A stretch of DNA of 64,000 nucleotides from the human T2T-CHM13v2.0 reference genome, Homo sapiens. The position numbers were made by a program, and so were the translations under genes. Positions 1 through 64,000 of the stretch are shown here, piece after piece. Under the pieces are notes generated by a model that was not told where the DNA came from, made no database searches, and saw only the letters and a list, made by a program, of their open reading frames with translations. Each line of letters begins with the position of its first letter. Within the stretch, counting starts at the first letter, position 1. The DNA lies in assembly GCF_009914755.1 (NCBI RefSeq), contig NC_060926.1; one strand, written 5' to 3'.

Positions 1-29
1 GAGGCTTCAAATGAACTGTCAATCGTGTC

Positions 30-97
30 AGAATCTCAGGTGACAATGTCAGGTGCTCAGGTGCTCAGGAGCTCCTGACATTGTCACCTGAGATTCT
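30..97. repeat. Perfect 24-bp inverted repeat with a 20-nt loop
   Basis: agaatctcaggtgacaatgtcagg (30-53) is the exact reverse complement of 74-97. Confidence 0.95.
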
Positions 98-812
98 CAC
101 ACCATCGATAGAAGAGAATGAGGCAAGTGTGTGTCACCCAGAGGAAACCTCCACCTTTACTGGTAAGCTCTCACAACTGTATCCCTGAAACTCATTTCTC
201 AAATGTTAACATTCTCCAAAATAAGTATTTACAAATAGGGATTAGGTGAAGTTCAAAAGATTTCTCAAATACTAGACACATAATGCACAGTTTTGTAACA
301 TTTTTCAAACATGGGTGATCATGGAGTCTCTCTTTTGGGGTATAATGTTCAAATTCTGGTAAAGTAAATATCCTTTGGAATATATTAATAGTTTAAGAAA
401 CACCGCTCTATAGATAATAATTTAGATCATTAATAAAAATACCTGAAACATTTATTACTGTGTCTTAGAGTTTGAGGACATAGAGAAAAAAATACAGCTG
501 CTGCCCTCAAGAAGCTCTTGGTTCAGGTGGGAAACAATTAAATCCTTGAAACATGCCATGCTAAATGCTGGGACAGAAGCAAAGATTCTTGGAACTGGGA
601 AATGTTTGAAGTGAGTTTTGGAGATGACCAGAGTTCTTGTGGTGAGGCAGAGGAGGTTGTTTCCAGGGGAAGGAGCAGAACATAGAAAAGCACCGAGGAG
701 GGAAAAGAAAGGGACTACCTCTTACGACCTTTCAATTGTATATATTGAAGCTCACAGGATCTTACATAAGGTTTTCATTTCAGTTGATAAATATGTAATT
801 TTGTGATTATAA

Positions 813-63469
<62,657 letters not shown>

Positions 63470-64000
63470 GTAATTTGCAAAACACATTCAATGTCATGTT
63501 CAATCCAGATAAAAAAGAACTTCTCTATCCCGAATAAATCAGCGGAGGGTGGGTGGGGGGAGTCGCCGAAGCTGCACATTCTGATTCAGCAGGCCTGAGA
63601 TTTTTCATTTGTAATAAATTTCTTGGGAGACGCTAATGCTGTTGGCCTGGAACATGATCTTTGCAGTAAGATTATACACTTTCCCACATTGAAATTGGGA
63701 AGAAGAAATAGGGAGAGCAGTTCAAGACATAAGGGGTTCTGGGGAACAGCATAGTTTTGCATTAATTCTACAGCATGGTTTCACTAAGGGTGGAAGGAGA
63801 AAGAGAGGAAGTACAGATTTTACAGACGTCACATCGTACTGCTAAGAAAAGACAGAAAACTGATATTAATAACCTATAGACACTGTAGAAGGAGAACTAA
63901 GGAGACCCCTGATGTAGCAATTATTTTCCCAAGGATGATGGATTGTCAGGCAGGAAGGAGGGAAAAGAAGTTATTTATATAATTTAGGGGTTTCTGCTGA

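Overview
Primate (human-like) genomic DNA, AT-rich and mostly intronic. It carries an internal segment of an ANKRD36-family gene on the + strand; the best match to my recollection of the proteins is ANKRD36C. I traced 33 GT-AG coding exons (834-63469) that splice into one open frame of 1861 nt (~620 codons). In order they encode: the last ankyrin repeats; three 34-aa repeats (each a 29-nt + 73-nt exon pair in a ~1.88-kb tandem unit); a duplicated 31/67/61-nt three-exon module; two unique exons; two older diverged exon pairs (~3.4-kb period); and six more ~1.87-kb units running off the window end. The start and stop codons lie outside the window. Introns hold Alus, L1s (several 5'-inverted), MER21- and MER77-like LTRs, MER44/Tigger, MIR and an internally deleted U6 pseudogene. 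Main unexplained structure: (1) every ~1.87-kb unit carries a third, fossil ~100-nt exon matching an ANKRD26 coding exon, which would act as a poison exon if spliced in; (2) duplicated exons have diverged several-fold more than their introns, almost all non-synonymously; (3) each unit carries an antisense exon-like cassette; (4) breakpoints of the Alu- and L1-associated duplications that built the gene are readable. Protein-family matches are from memory, not from a database search.
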